Shown here: one piece after another, positions 11,973 through 22,662 of the stretch | Position numbering within the stretch: the first letter of the stretch is position 1 | How the letters are laid out: each line of letters starts with the position of its first letter | NCBI GenBank assembly: GCA_963801605.1 | Contig: CAWDFP010000006.1 | Coordinates: 320,001-384,000 of the forward strand | DNA length: 64,000 nt | Source: an uncultured candidate division Zixibacteria bacterium | GTDB taxonomy: Bacteria > Zixibacteria > MSB-5A5 > UBA10806 | Reading direction: 5' to 3' | The notes under the pieces: generated by a model | Seen by the model: only the letters and a program-made list of their open reading frames with translations | What the model was told of the DNA's origin: nothing | Databases searched by the model: none | Translations under genes and position numbers: made by a program

Positions 11973-13217
11973 ATGAACAAAGCTTATCCGATTAAGACAA
12001 ACGTCCTGTGGATTCATAGTTCCAGAGTTCATGTTTTCATGTATTCGGCGCTTATCGTTTTGACGCCGTTCATTCTGCTGCGAAACTATATGGTCCAGGC
12101 GATCTCTCTGCTATCTCAATCCTCATTTCCGGCTCTGGGGATACAAATCAAGGTAATGCCGGCTATTGCATTGTTGATAGCAATGGCACTTTTTTTTGCG
12201 CTTCGTAAACAAATCACGAAATTAAGGCTTCTGGCGGTCGCGATTGTAATTCTTCTCGACGCTCTGGCCCAACAGATTACCGATTATTATTTTGGACATC
12301 ACTTTTACGATCTTCAGCATAACTGGCATTATATCGCCTATGGACTGTATGCTTATGTAATCTACCGTGATTTAAATACCCGGGGCATGCCCTTGTACAA
12401 GATAATGCTGATTACATATTTTTCCGCACTTGGCTTGTCCGCGTTCGATGAAGCTTTCCAGATGTTCATGAGCAGCCGGGTATTTGATGTTTGTGATATT
12501 GGGAAGGATGTATGGGGGGTTTACATGGGGATGATTTTGGTTTATTTTTCCAGCAAGCGTTCCCTGCTTTTTAAGGATTGGCAGCATATCCGTCATAGGA
12601 AACTAAAAAATTATTACAGGCACTCTTTTACTCTTTTGGCGCTTCTTTTTATTCTTACATTAATATTTCTCAGCGTGGGATCTCTTTTATCCGAAACGGA
12701 ATATCTTCCTCAAGTTTTATTACTCACTATCGTATTTTTTGCAATGTTTTTCCTGATATGGCATTTTAGTCAGTTTAAAATCGGCAGAATAATTCTGCTA
12801 ACACTTTTGGTTACAGCAGTATTAGTACAGGGTGGATTCTTCCTAAAATATCGAAATAAAAACGTAATATATTCACAATTTGGTTTAACCGTGTATAAGG
12901 GCATTCCAATACCATTTTTCGATATCATGATATTTCCTGATGGCACTTTTCGCTTAGTCGATAAAAAACATTTTTTCAATCAAAGAGACCGCGACTTTTT
13001 CCTGCGAAAAAAATCCGATATTTTATTGATTTCAAGCGGCGTTTACGGCAAAGGCGGAAAGGGTTTTTCCGACCCTCGACATCAGTTTATGTACAATTCC
13101 TGGGCAAAGAAAGCTACCCAGGTAATTATTCAGAAAAACTCGGATGCCTTTGATACTTTCAATCGCCTAAAAGATGAAAATAAAAATGTTCTATTTATAA
13201 TTCATAATACCTGTTAG
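11973..13217 (+). CDS. Membrane protein with a VanZ-like region fused to a C-terminal Mth938/DUF498-like domain
   Basis: WHYIAYG...FDEAFQMFMSSRVFDVCDIGKDVWG (VanZ-like); C-terminal FG..VYKG..DIMIFPDG..DILLISSGVYG..FNRL..VLFIIHNTC; GAGGTG RBS before ATG 11973. Confidence 0.65.
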   Translation: MNKAYPIKTNVLWIHSSRVHVFMYSALIVLTPFILLRNYMVQAISLLSQSSFPALGIQIKVMPAIALLIAMALFFALRKQITKLRLLAVAIVILLDALAQQITDYYFGHHFYDLQHNWHYIAYGLYAYVIYRDLNTRGMPLYKIMLITYFSALGLSAFDEAFQMFMSSRVFDVCDIGKDVWGVYMGMILVYFSSKRSLLFKDWQHIRHRKLKNYYRHSFTLLALLFILTLIFLSVGSLLSETEYLPQVLLLTIVFFAMFFLIWHFSQFKIGRIILLTLLVTAVLVQGGFFLKYRNKNVIYSQFGLTVYKGIPIPFFDIMIFPDGTFRLVDKKHFFNQRDRDFFLRKKSDILLISSGVYGKGGKGFSDPRHQFMYNSWAKKATQVIIQKNSDAFDTFNRLKDENKNVLFIIHNTC

Positions 13218-13229
13218 GGATTATAGAGT

Positions 13230-14114
13230 ATGAATAACAAACCTGAACCGATTAAGCCCACACGGACTAGAACTGTAATTACAATATGTCTTATGATAAT
13301 TTGGGCATCGCTTATATCCTTTACTTTTATTTCAGCCATTGAGCCTGCCTGGCTTAAAAATATCGCTCAGGTCGGAAGAAAGGGCGAAGCTGATGGCATG
13401 AAGGAGTATGGCGACTATTATCTGCGTCAAAAAGACTACCCGATGGCAATAGCCCAATATAAGACTGCACTTAAAATTAAACCGGATCTCGTGGGGGCCA
13501 TGGTTAATATCGCGGTGGCATATAATCTTTCGGGTAATGGTGAACAGGGACTGGCGATTTTGCATAGCGCGCTGAAACTCTATTCCAGGCGAACCGGAAC
13601 TATTTGTTATAACTTAGCGGAAATACTTCAAGGGCAAGGTAAAACGCGGGAGGCGCTCGAATATTATTTGAAAGCGTTAAATTCTGATGCCAAGCAGGAT
13701 TTAGTTAATTGCATGCTCGGCGCATTGTATTTTGACGCTAAAAACTATGGCGAAGCGCGCAAATCATTCGAAAACGCCTTAGTCATTCAATCCAATCCGG
13801 TCACACCATTGGTAAATATGATAAAAGTGGCCATATCCAATTATGAAGATGATAAGGATAATTTGTCGGTTCTCGAACAGATGCTTAATGATGACGTAGA
13901 TACATCCAAAATGAAAAATTACGATTTAATAACCATTGAGTCTGTTAATGAAAGTAATTCCGCAATAGCTAAAACTCACAATTACCTTGGAGCAATCTGC
14001 GCCATCCAGGGGGACACCCTTCAAGCCATAAAGCATTTCCGGGAATCCAATCAAATCTGGCCCAATAATGTGGACGCCATTAATCAGCTCAAGTTATTAA
14101 CCGGAAAAAAATAA
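13230..14114 (+). CDS. Membrane-anchored tetratricopeptide repeat protein
   Basis: N-terminal TM helix; TPR-pattern repeats (YGDYYLRQKDYPMAIAQYKTALKIKP, NLAEIL..QGK..EALEYYLKAL). Confidence 0.75.
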   Translation: MNNKPEPIKPTRTRTVITICLMIIWASLISFTFISAIEPAWLKNIAQVGRKGEADGMKEYGDYYLRQKDYPMAIAQYKTALKIKPDLVGAMVNIAVAYNLSGNGEQGLAILHSALKLYSRRTGTICYNLAEILQGQGKTREALEYYLKALNSDAKQDLVNCMLGALYFDAKNYGEARKSFENALVIQSNPVTPLVNMIKVAISNYEDDKDNLSVLEQMLNDDVDTSKMKNYDLITIESVNESNSAIAKTHNYLGAICAIQGDTLQAIKHFRESNQIWPNNVDAINQLKLLTGKK

Positions 14115-14227
14115 CATCCCCCCATTAAGGCTCCAGGCGAATTTTCTAAAAGTTGAGGAAAAATCGCCTTGTAATTGTTATGTCCGAATTGTTAAATATA
14201 TTGAAATTATCGAATTAATAAACGAGG

Positions 14228-15016
14228 ATGAGTATAATGAAGATACCTATTTATCAAATCGATGCGTTCGCTGATAAAATGTTCTCCGGAAATCCGGCGG
14301 CAGTCTGTCCCCTGAATGAGTGGATAGAAGATAGCCTCATGCATAATATCGCCGCTGAAAACAATCTGGCCGAGACAGCCTTTTTTGTCTCAAGAGGCGA
14401 CATCTTCGAGATTCGCTGGTTTACTCCCGCGGCTGAGATCAATCTTTGCGGTCACGCCACGCTGGCATCGGCACACGTTCTCTTCAGGCATCTTGATTAT
14501 AAAAAAGACAAAATCATTTTTACCTGTAAAAGCGGCGAGTTGGTTGTTTCCAAAGCCGGGGATATCATAACATTAAATTTCCCATCCAATAAACCTGCCC
14601 CCGTTTCTATGCCCTCGGGATTAATAGAGGCGATCGGAGCAAAACCTGATGAAATCTATAAAGCCAGAGACTTTATGGCTGTTTTTCGGTCCGCCAATGA
14701 TATAATGACAATCCGGCCAAATTTTGATCTACTTGCCAGAGTCGATGCTCATGGTATTATTGTTACCGCACCTGGTGGTGATTGCGATTTCGTCTCGCGC
14801 TTCTTTGCACCAAGATTAGGGATAAACGAAGACCCTGTTACGGGTTCGGCACAAACAACTTTAATTCCCTTTTGGTCTGAGAGGCTGGGGAAGAAAAAGA
14901 TGCGGGCTCGGCAACTTTCAAAGCGCGGCGGTGAACTTTTTTGCGAGGATCTTGAAAATCGAGTTCTTATTAGCGGCAGAGCGGTGACATATTTACGGGG
15001 AGAGATCGAAGTATAA
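14228..15016 (+). CDS. PhzF family isomerase
   Basis: IDAF...GNPAAV, ETAF, IRWFTP..EINLCGHATLA and EDPVTGSA motifs. Confidence 0.9.
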   Translation: MSIMKIPIYQIDAFADKMFSGNPAAVCPLNEWIEDSLMHNIAAENNLAETAFFVSRGDIFEIRWFTPAAEINLCGHATLASAHVLFRHLDYKKDKIIFTCKSGELVVSKAGDIITLNFPSNKPAPVSMPSGLIEAIGAKPDEIYKARDFMAVFRSANDIMTIRPNFDLLARVDAHGIIVTAPGGDCDFVSRFFAPRLGINEDPVTGSAQTTLIPFWSERLGKKKMRARQLSKRGGELFCEDLENRVLISGRAVTYLRGEIEV

Positions 15017-15124
15017 GATAGAACTGAGACCGCCCATTTTATCAAACCTGGTATTTTTACTAATTATGTTTGGGTGTCAGGCCTGGCATTGGATATGGGA
15101 AAGTTAAATTAAAGAGAAGGAATA

Positions 15125-17044
15125 ATGAAATACCGTCAAATTAGCCTGCTGTTAGCGGCCCTGATATTTCAGCTATTAGCGGTTTCAAATCGGCCGCTGG
15201 CGGAAACGGTCTCGGATGCGATCACATTAAGGGTGGATGCTTCCGAAATCAGCAGAAAAATATTGCATGTTTCCGAAACGATTCCAACCGAGCCGGGCGA
15301 ATTATCTTTATGCTACGCCAAATGGATACCCGGCGAGCATGGCCCGACCGGACCGGTGGTTGATTTGGCTGGACTAATAATTAAAACCGGCGATAGGATA
15401 TTGGATTGGCGACGCGATCTGGTTGATATGTACACCATTTATGTGGAGATTCCGGAACAAGCTAAACAGATCGATCTATCGTTCGATTTCATTTTATCTC
15501 CGCAATCGGAAGGGTTTTCGTCCGGGGCATCATCCACCAGTCAAATGGGGGTTATTAGCTGGAATCAGGTGGTATTATATCCGTGCGATCAATTATCAGA
15601 CAGTATCAATATTACTCCATCGCTAATACTGCCTCAAGGATGGAAATTGGGAACCGCGCTGGAATCAATATTCCTTTCCGAAAATGCTGTAAATTTTAAA
15701 CCGGTATCTTTAACAAGACTCATAGATTCTCCGGTGCTTATAGGTCGATATTTCAATAAAATCGATGTTTCACCGGTTCCTGGAGTCCCACATTATTTGG
15801 ATCTTGCCGCCGATGACAATGATGCTATAGATATGCCGCAATGGCAGATCGAAGCTTACAAACGTTTAATATTGGAGGCAAACAGTCTGTTCGGGGCGCG
15901 TCATTATGATCATTATGACTTTCTTGTTTCGCTTAGCAGCAAGATTGCCAATTTCGGACTAGAACATCACGAATCCAGCGATGACAGGTTGCCGGAAAAG
16001 GCAATCACCGACAGCAGCGTTCAAAGAGCCTGGGCATCGCTTCTTTCCCACGAATACGCTCATTCCTGGAATGGCAAATATAAACGTCCAATAGGATTGG
16101 CGGCAAATAAATATTCTGATCCATCGAAAGGCGATCTTCTCTGGGTTTATGAGGGTTTGACCACTTATTTGGGAGAGATGCTGGCCGCCCGCTCCGGCCT
16201 AAGAACACCTGAGGATTTCAGGGAGAATCTGGCATTGCAGGCTGCCAGACTGAACAATCTGCCTGGCAGAACGTGGCGGTCATTACAGGATGTATCGAAC
16301 TCGGCCCAGATACTATACGGCGCCAGAGAGGATTGGCAATCTCTTCGACGCGGAGTTGATTTTTATGACGAGAGCTATTTAATCTGGCTGGAAGCGGACG
16401 TGATTATTCGCGAGTTAAGTAATGGCAAAAAATCGCTTGATGATTTCTGTAAACAATTTTACGGTGGTGTAAACAGCGGACCGCAGGTCAGTTCATATAC
16501 TTACTATGATATCGTTTCATCATTAAATAATATTATTCCCTATGATTGGAACACTTTTCTAACCGATCGTCTTGATTCTCTCGATGCTCACGCTCCATTG
16601 GGAGGAATAGAACAAAGCGGCTGGAAACTTATATATCGTGAATCGCCCGGTGGTCTTCAGGAGATATTTGAAAATGATGATAAGGCTATCGACGCCCGGT
16701 ATTCGATAGGCCTATACCTTGATGAAAGCGGCAAAATCGAGGACATTATTCCTGGTTTTCCAGCTGCCAACGCCGGACTGGCGCCCGGTATGAATATCGT
16801 GGCGATTAATGGAAGAAAATTCTCCAAAGACGTTTTCCGTAATATTATGAAAGACGCCATGAAAGGCTTATCGCCTATGGAATTCTTAATTGAGAATTGT
16901 GATTTTTTCAGCACTCATTTAATAGATTATCACGGGGGCGAACGTTATCCGGTCCTGGAACGAGATAACAGCAAGCCTGATATCCTCCTGAAAATTATCA
17001 AACCAAAGGTAAAAACAAATCCATTGAAAAAAGTTCAACAATAA
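15125..17044 (+). CDS. M61 family glycyl aminopeptidase with C-terminal PDZ domain
   Basis: KWIPGEH, GLEH, HEYAHSWN zinc motif, LLWVYEGLT; PDZ-like PAANAGLAPGMNIVAING. Confidence 0.9.
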   Translation: MKYRQISLLLAALIFQLLAVSNRPLAETVSDAITLRVDASEISRKILHVSETIPTEPGELSLCYAKWIPGEHGPTGPVVDLAGLIIKTGDRILDWRRDLVDMYTIYVEIPEQAKQIDLSFDFILSPQSEGFSSGASSTSQMGVISWNQVVLYPCDQLSDSINITPSLILPQGWKLGTALESIFLSENAVNFKPVSLTRLIDSPVLIGRYFNKIDVSPVPGVPHYLDLAADDNDAIDMPQWQIEAYKRLILEANSLFGARHYDHYDFLVSLSSKIANFGLEHHESSDDRLPEKAITDSSVQRAWASLLSHEYAHSWNGKYKRPIGLAANKYSDPSKGDLLWVYEGLTTYLGEMLAARSGLRTPEDFRENLALQAARLNNLPGRTWRSLQDVSNSAQILYGAREDWQSLRRGVDFYDESYLIWLEADVIIRELSNGKKSLDDFCKQFYGGVNSGPQVSSYTYYDIVSSLNNIIPYDWNTFLTDRLDSLDAHAPLGGIEQSGWKLIYRESPGGLQEIFENDDKAIDARYSIGLYLDESGKIEDIIPGFPAANAGLAPGMNIVAINGRKFSKDVFRNIMKDAMKGLSPMEFLIENCDFFSTHLIDYHGGERYPVLERDNSKPDILLKIIKPKVKTNPLKKVQQ

Positions 17045-17198
17045 TTAAAACAAACCGATATTCGACGGTACGCAAAATTTATCGCCCCGTTTTATACCGA
17101 TTTAATGGTAGATTAGATGGTTGTGGGATATTATTGGGCTAATATTATAGTTGGATTTCCCAAAAGTGACGAAAGAAATTGTGTCGGAATTTAAAAAA

Positions 17199-17271
17199 CT
17201 CCCGGGGCCGGATTCGAACCAGCGACCCAGTGGTTAACAGCCACTTGCTCTGCCAGCTGAGCTACCCGGGA
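17199..17271 (-). tRNA. tRNA-Asn (GTT), CCA not encoded
   Basis: Minus strand TCCCGGGTAGCTCAGCTGGCAGAGCAAGTGGCTGTTAACCACTGGGTCGCTGGTTCGAATCCGGCCCCGGGAG forms a cloverleaf with GTT anticodon and TTCGAAT T-loop. Confidence 0.95.
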
Positions 17272-17292
17272 TTATTCAATTATCAGCCTGTT

Positions 17293-17320
17293 AAGATAGG
17301 CAAAAGGTTGATTCTGTCAA
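17293..17320 (-). promoter_or_regulatory. sigma70-type promoter for tRNA-Asn
   Basis: TTGACA-16 nt-TATCTT just upstream of the tRNA. Confidence 0.55.
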
Positions 17321-17359
17321 GAATTTTATACCAGAAATACATCGGCGAATTTGCCTTAT

Positions 17360-18641
17360 CTACAGCAGTATCCCCGCCACGCAGCAGGTGCACCAGCTGG
17401 CAAACGCGCCGCAAAGCATCGCCTTTAGCCCCAGACTTCGCCAGATCGCCTCGTCGATCCGGAGCCAATGCCGAAATCCCGCCGATCTGAATACCGACCG
17501 AGCCCAAATTCGAGAAGCCGCAAAGGGCATAGGTAGCCAGAATCGCTGTTCGGGGATCTATATGACCCGCATAAGCCCTCAAGCTTCGTGTAGGAAACAA
17601 ATTCATTTATCATAACTTGAGTGCCCAAGTAGATCGCCGAATTGTGGCGCATCTTTCCAGGGAATGCCCATCAGCCAGGCCAATGGCGACATCACCTTTC
17701 CAAAAATCGCGGACAGAGTAGAGATCTTTATGAATCATGACCCAGCACCAGATTAATCAGGGCAATAATCCCGATAAATGCTATCAACATGGCAGCGACA
17801 TTAAGCGCCAGATTGCAGACCGTCGCCGGTGCCGCCGCGCATGGCATCAATTCCGTTGCGATGTAAGTTTTTCAGTCGGCAGTTTGACATTGCCGGCCGT
17901 TTCCGGCTGATCGATTTCGGGCCGCATAATTTTGGCCATCATCAGCCCGGCCGGGGCGACATTATTGATGCTGACAGAAGATGTCCGGCAATATTGGGAA
18001 TCGAATCCTTCAAGCAGACCGACATAAGCTGCCATCACACCACCGGCAATCGTCGCAAAACCGCCCACCATGATGGCGTTAAGCTCCGACATTGTCATTT
18101 TCGAGAGATATGGTTTTATCACCAGTGGCGCTTCAGTTTGGCCGACAAATATGTTGGAAGCAGCCGATAGAGACTCCGCGCCTGATGTTTTCATTGTCTT
18201 CGACATTATCCGGGCCATAAAGAGCACAATCCGTTGCATAATGCCATAGTGGTAGAGAAGACTCATAAGCGCGGAGAAGAATATGATTGTCGGAAGAACG
18301 GAAAATGCAAATATCGCAGAGCCGTGATTAGCGAAAAGATCTTGAAATTGCTTAAATCCACCCACGCCATTCTGGCCGACCGGAACGAACATATTAACCA
18401 GATTACCGAAAACAAAAGCCGCCCCCTCCTGAGCACAACCCAAAATTCCTATGACGACATCGTTGACTTTAAGGAAAAACCACTTGCCGGGTCCGGTTTT
18501 TAGCACAATCAAAGCAAATAAAAACTGCAATGCCAGACCCCACCCGATGATTCGAAGCTTGACCGCTCGTTTATTTGCCGATAACAGGTAAATTATACTA
18601 ATCATGGTTAAAATGCCCAATATTCCAATAAACCTATGCAT
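17360..18641 (-). CDS. nupC: Concentrative nucleoside transporter (NupC/CNT family); several frameshifts in 17420-18000
   Basis: AFSVLPTIIFFSAL, NIFVGQTEAPL, GGFATIAGGV, YALCGFSN; the shifted frame ends LGLKAMLCGAFASWCTCCVAGILL* (TAG at 17360-17362). Confidence 0.85.
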
Positions 18642-18781
18642 GATCTATCCTTTCCAAAAATATTAATTTATCAAATTCAAGCGGTTTGGGAGCCAACTTC
18701 GCAAGAAAAGCAACCCATTAAGTTGACTTATATCACAAAAACCGAAGAATTAAAAGCAGACTTAAGAAGAAAGGAAACGAA

Positions 18782-19264
18782 TTATTCAAGCGGCAGCTCA
18801 ATATCCATCCAGCAATTAGATTTGTGCCCCAGTTCTTTTGCAAAATAGTCGAGGAGCGGCTGACGAGACTCTTTCCTTAACACGCCTCCGTCAGCAGTCA
18901 GACCGGCCTGTTTGTGGAAGTTATATTTGGTGCCGCACGCCCCGGCGATTGTATCAATTTCGCCAAAGACCACGCGGTTGATTTTATAGTGGATCATCGC
19001 CCCGGTACACATGGCGCAGGGTTCAAGGGTGGAATAGATGGTGACACCCGAAAGATCGAAATCGAGCTTTTGCGATGAGAGATTCCGCAGGCACATCATT
19101 TCGGCGTGAGCGGTGATATCGGACAGGGCGTTGCGACGGTTATGGCCGCGGGCCACGATCTGGCCATCCTTGACGGCAACAGCCCCGATCGGCACTTCGC
19201 CCTCGGCGAATCCTTTGAGCGCCTCGGCCACCGCCTCGGACATGAATTTCTCATCGATTGTCAT
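18782..19264 (-). CDS. tadA: Nucleoside deaminase, tRNA adenosine deaminase (TadA)-like
   Basis: GEVPIGAV, AHAE and STLEPCAMC zinc-deaminase motifs. Confidence 0.75.
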   Translation of the reverse strand: MTIDEKFMSEAVAEALKGFAEGEVPIGAVAVKDGQIVARGHNRRNALSDITAHAEMMCLRNLSSQKLDFDLSGVTIYSTLEPCAMCTGAMIHYKINRVVFGEIDTIAGACGTKYNFHKQAGLTADGGVLRKESRQPLLDYFAKELGHKSNCWMDIELPLE

Positions 19265-19379
19265 CTCTTATTCCCCTTTTTGAAAGTGCAAGAACCGAAA
19301 GGCCGGCCAGATGGGACAATGCGGGCATAAAAAAACCGCTGCCTTTACGCTTCTGACGCGTTCCAGACCACGATAGGGG

Positions 19380-19408
19380 AATTTAACTTGAAGGAACGGG
19401 ATTGTCAA
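19380..19408 (-). promoter_or_regulatory. sigma70-type promoter upstream of tadA
   Basis: TTGACA-17 nt-TAAATT on the minus strand. Confidence 0.55.
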
Positions 19409-19507
19409 TGGCGGTTTTCTATACTCATTTCCCGCATTAAATATCGGAAATATCTGGTGAATAAAACACTTTTGCCCTTTCATGTTTAGGCGTATATTAA
19501 ACTTACT

Positions 19508-21037
19508 ATGTTAATGGAATCCATTTTATCCCTGGCTCTCCTTGGCTACAGCGGAGGATTCCGTGAGGGCGATTGGGTTAATTATAGTGATTTCCGATTC
19601 ATAAACTGTGCGGCCCAGGACCAAACCACAGTCTATTTCGGCACCTCAAATGGCGTTATTCGTTACGATAAATTTGGCAACGACTGGCTTGATCCAATTA
19701 CGGTCACCGATGGCCTGCCCGATCCCAGAATAAACAACATTGCCTACGAATCCGACAATGATCGCCTCTGGGTAACTACGCCCCTTGGCAACGCTTACTA
19801 TCAGCCTACCTTTCAAAGATGGTACCTGGGACTCGATTTTCCCACCGAACTGGCTCGCAACGATTATAAACCGTTGAGCCTGGGGATGCTGAACACCGAT
19901 TTTGGCTATACATATCAGAATGGAGTGCTGACCGATCTCAATTTCCGAAGCTTCCAGCTCACCCGGGGAATTGACGATGGTTTCAATCATCTCTATGTCG
20001 GCACCTGGGGCCTGGGAGCGGTGATAATAAATCCGCGATACGGCCAATTGCAGCGAATACCGTACGGGCCATATAGCGAGGATGCCAGCACCTTTGTGAG
20101 AGTCGGCAATAAATTCTGGATGGGATCCAGTCTGGGCGATGCAGTGGAACCGGGTATCACCAGATGCGATACATCGCTTCAAATCTGGAACTGGTATGTG
20201 CCTCCGTATACCCGGGGAATGACGTCGACGAACCTTTCCTGCGCCATTGGCGATGGTCCGCAAACCTGGCTCGGAACCGATAATGGCCTGATGCGTTACG
20301 ACTCTGTTTATAATGAGTTTTACTCATATAGCAATAGCAGGCTGCTGCCCTCGCTGGCGGTAACATCGCTGGCCGAAGATTCGGCCTGGGTATATGTCGG
20401 CACTGATAATGGGCTGGGCTATATAAGTCGTTATCAGGAGGAAAAAGGCAATAAGCATAAAAAGGTTGAACAAGCTGCTCCCGATACCGTCTCCTCTGCG
20501 CCCGATTCCGCAGCGAATACATTACCCCTGATGGGGAAAAATCGCCTTTTAGGATGGTATATTTACCGGCTTAAGGTTTTAAACGATTACCTTTATGCCG
20601 GTACTAACCGCGGTGTCTTACGTCGACAACTCGGCAATTATGGCGATTTTTCCGTCGTGAACACATCCGACAGCCTGCTTTCGACTGATATTATCGATAT
20701 TGCTCAGGTGCGCGATTCGCTTTATTTCGCGACCAGAAATGATATCATTATTATCGATACGAAAACCGGCCTAAGTTCGAGCCTGACTCAACTAACCCAT
20801 TTTGGACAGTGGCAAATCAGGCAAATTGCAGTCGGCAAACAGCGGGTTTGGGCAGCCACGGACGCCGGACTCTGGATGTATCGGCTCTCGGACGGTTACG
20901 AGAGGCTTTTTACCGTAAGCGATGGTATGATTTCAGCCGATGTGCGTTCGCTGGAGCTTATAGGAAATTATATCTGGATGGCCACTCCCAAAGGAGTTAT
21001 AAGATTTCTCTGGAACAGACCTGGCCGAAGCGATTAA
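19508..21037 (+). CDS. Beta-propeller repeat protein (regulator-propeller-like repeats)
   Basis: Repeated W/Y-x-GT-x-x-G-L/V motifs (VYFGTSNGV, TWLGTDNGL, VYVGTDNGL, VWAATDAGL, IWMATPKGV). Confidence 0.65.
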   Translation: MLMESILSLALLGYSGGFREGDWVNYSDFRFINCAAQDQTTVYFGTSNGVIRYDKFGNDWLDPITVTDGLPDPRINNIAYESDNDRLWVTTPLGNAYYQPTFQRWYLGLDFPTELARNDYKPLSLGMLNTDFGYTYQNGVLTDLNFRSFQLTRGIDDGFNHLYVGTWGLGAVIINPRYGQLQRIPYGPYSEDASTFVRVGNKFWMGSSLGDAVEPGITRCDTSLQIWNWYVPPYTRGMTSTNLSCAIGDGPQTWLGTDNGLMRYDSVYNEFYSYSNSRLLPSLAVTSLAEDSAWVYVGTDNGLGYISRYQEEKGNKHKKVEQAAPDTVSSAPDSAANTLPLMGKNRLLGWYIYRLKVLNDYLYAGTNRGVLRRQLGNYGDFSVVNTSDSLLSTDIIDIAQVRDSLYFATRNDIIIIDTKTGLSSSLTQLTHFGQWQIRQIAVGKQRVWAATDAGLWMYRLSDGYERLFTVSDGMISADVRSLELIGNYIWMATPKGVIRFLWNRPGRSD

Positions 21038-21095
21038 GTTTTTATAGTAGTAACCATAATTTACCTGGCACATTTACGATATAGGCAAAATTTCC

Positions 21096-22283
21096 ATGCA
21101 AGATATCATTCTTAAACCCGGCCGGGATAAAACGGCGCGTCAATATCATCCCTGGATATTCTCCGGAGCCATAGCGAAAGCCAGCAAATCAATAACGCCG
21201 GGCGAGATTGTCAGAGTCTTAAGCAATAAGGATGATTTTTTAGCCTTTGGATATTACAACTCTCGCTCACAAATTCGAGTGCGCCTTTTGGAGTGGGATG
21301 AGCATAAATCAGTTAACGATGCCTGGTGGTTTCAACGTCTTAAAGATGCTATCTCTTGCCGCGAGAAACTTCTTGGTGATGATAAAACTAATGCCTGCCG
21401 CTTGGTTTATGGTGAATCCGATTTTTTGCCGGGACTGATTGTCGATAAATACGCTGGCCATATCGTAATTCAAAGCCTCACCGCCGGTATAGAGAAAGTT
21501 AAAGATCTGATTGTTTCAAACCTTGTCGAGCTTTTATCTCCTGCAGGAATTTATGAACGTAGTGATTCTGAATCTCGCGCTTTAGAGGGGCTTTCGATAA
21601 TATCCGGTTCCTTATATGGTGAAGCTCCGCCTGAGTATCTTGAGATTCTTGAAAACAATCTGAAATTCTGGGTCGATATCAAATCAGGACAAAAAACAGG
21701 GTTTTATCTGGATCAGCGTGACAACCGGCAGGCAGTATCCGATTTTGCCAAAGGATGTGAGGTCCTGGACTGTTTTTCTTATAGCGGGGGATTTTCGGTA
21801 AGCGCCCTTTCCGGTGGAGCAAAAAGCGTTGTTATGGTTGATTCCTCAGCTCAAAGCTTAAAACTTGCCGGAGAAAATATCAAACTTAACCATTTTGAGT
21901 CATCAAAGGTTGAATCACACGAGGGCGACGTTTTCAAGGTGTTAAGAGAGTTTCGAGCTAGCGAGCGAAAATTCGATCTAATAATATTAGATCCGCCAAA
22001 ATTTGCTCCCTCAAAATCCGATCTTAAACGCGCGCTTTCAGGCTATAAGGACATTAATCTTCTGGCGATGGGTTTATTAAGGCCAGGGGGAATTCTGGCA
22101 ACGTACTCCTGTTCGGGGGCGGTCGATTCACAAACACTTCAGACTGTGCTTTTCTGGGCCAGCAGTGATTTGGCCCGGCCGGTTCAGATATTGAAACCGC
22201 TCTCTCAAGGCCCGGATCATCCTCGTTTGGTGAGCTTTCCGGAATCGGAATACCTGAAAGGCTTCATCTGCCAGGTTTTATAA
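21096..22283 (+). CDS. rlmI: RlmI-type SAM-dependent 23S rRNA m5C methyltransferase
   Basis: HPWIFSG PUA domain, GQKTGFYLDQRDNR, VLDCFSYSGGF, ILDPPKF, YSCS, EYLKG. Confidence 0.85.
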   Translation: MQDIILKPGRDKTARQYHPWIFSGAIAKASKSITPGEIVRVLSNKDDFLAFGYYNSRSQIRVRLLEWDEHKSVNDAWWFQRLKDAISCREKLLGDDKTNACRLVYGESDFLPGLIVDKYAGHIVIQSLTAGIEKVKDLIVSNLVELLSPAGIYERSDSESRALEGLSIISGSLYGEAPPEYLEILENNLKFWVDIKSGQKTGFYLDQRDNRQAVSDFAKGCEVLDCFSYSGGFSVSALSGGAKSVVMVDSSAQSLKLAGENIKLNHFESSKVESHEGDVFKVLREFRASERKFDLIILDPPKFAPSKSDLKRALSGYKDINLLAMGLLRPGGILATYSCSGAVDSQTLQTVLFWASSDLARPVQILKPLSQGPDHPRLVSFPESEYLKGFICQVL

Positions 22284-22372
22284 GTAATAAGGAACTCGAT
22301 ATTCTTTTTTTATTTGAATAAATAGACCTCTTGAGGTTACAGTATTATGATGATTCTAATAAGGAGGATACA

Positions 22373-22645
22373 ATGACCAATGGAGCAGTGGTGGCAGCGG
22401 CTATTGCCAATGCGATAAAAGCGTCGGGAGCGATTGTCAGGTTAGAAAGCAGGGATTTTCAATCAATCATTCAAAGATCGCAACGGCCACTGGTGGTTGT
22501 ATCGGACAAAAGCTTTTGGTCGCCCGGATATAAATATCTTTCAAATTATAAGGGACTTACCTTCTATACCAAATCCAGCCAGCCGTTAATGCTTCCCGGC
22601 GATGCCGAGATTGTATCCTGCAGCCAGATTTATATCCCATCTTAA
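22373..22645 (+). CDS. Hypothetical protein
   Basis: AAGGAGG RBS before ATG 22373; 90-aa ORF. Confidence 0.65.
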   Translation: MTNGAVVAAAIANAIKASGAIVRLESRDFQSIIQRSQRPLVVVSDKSFWSPGYKYLSNYKGLTFYTKSSQPLMLPGDAEIVSCSQIYIPS

Positions 22646-22662
22646 AAAAGGACGAGCTTATA

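Noticed and set aside
8155..17199. Genomic island integrated at the tRNA-Asn 3' end
   Set aside because: No integrase and no duplicated tRNA 3' end seen in the window
17179..17490. 103-aa ORF on the plus strand
   Set aside because: Translation of the tRNA-Asn antisense strand and the nupC end
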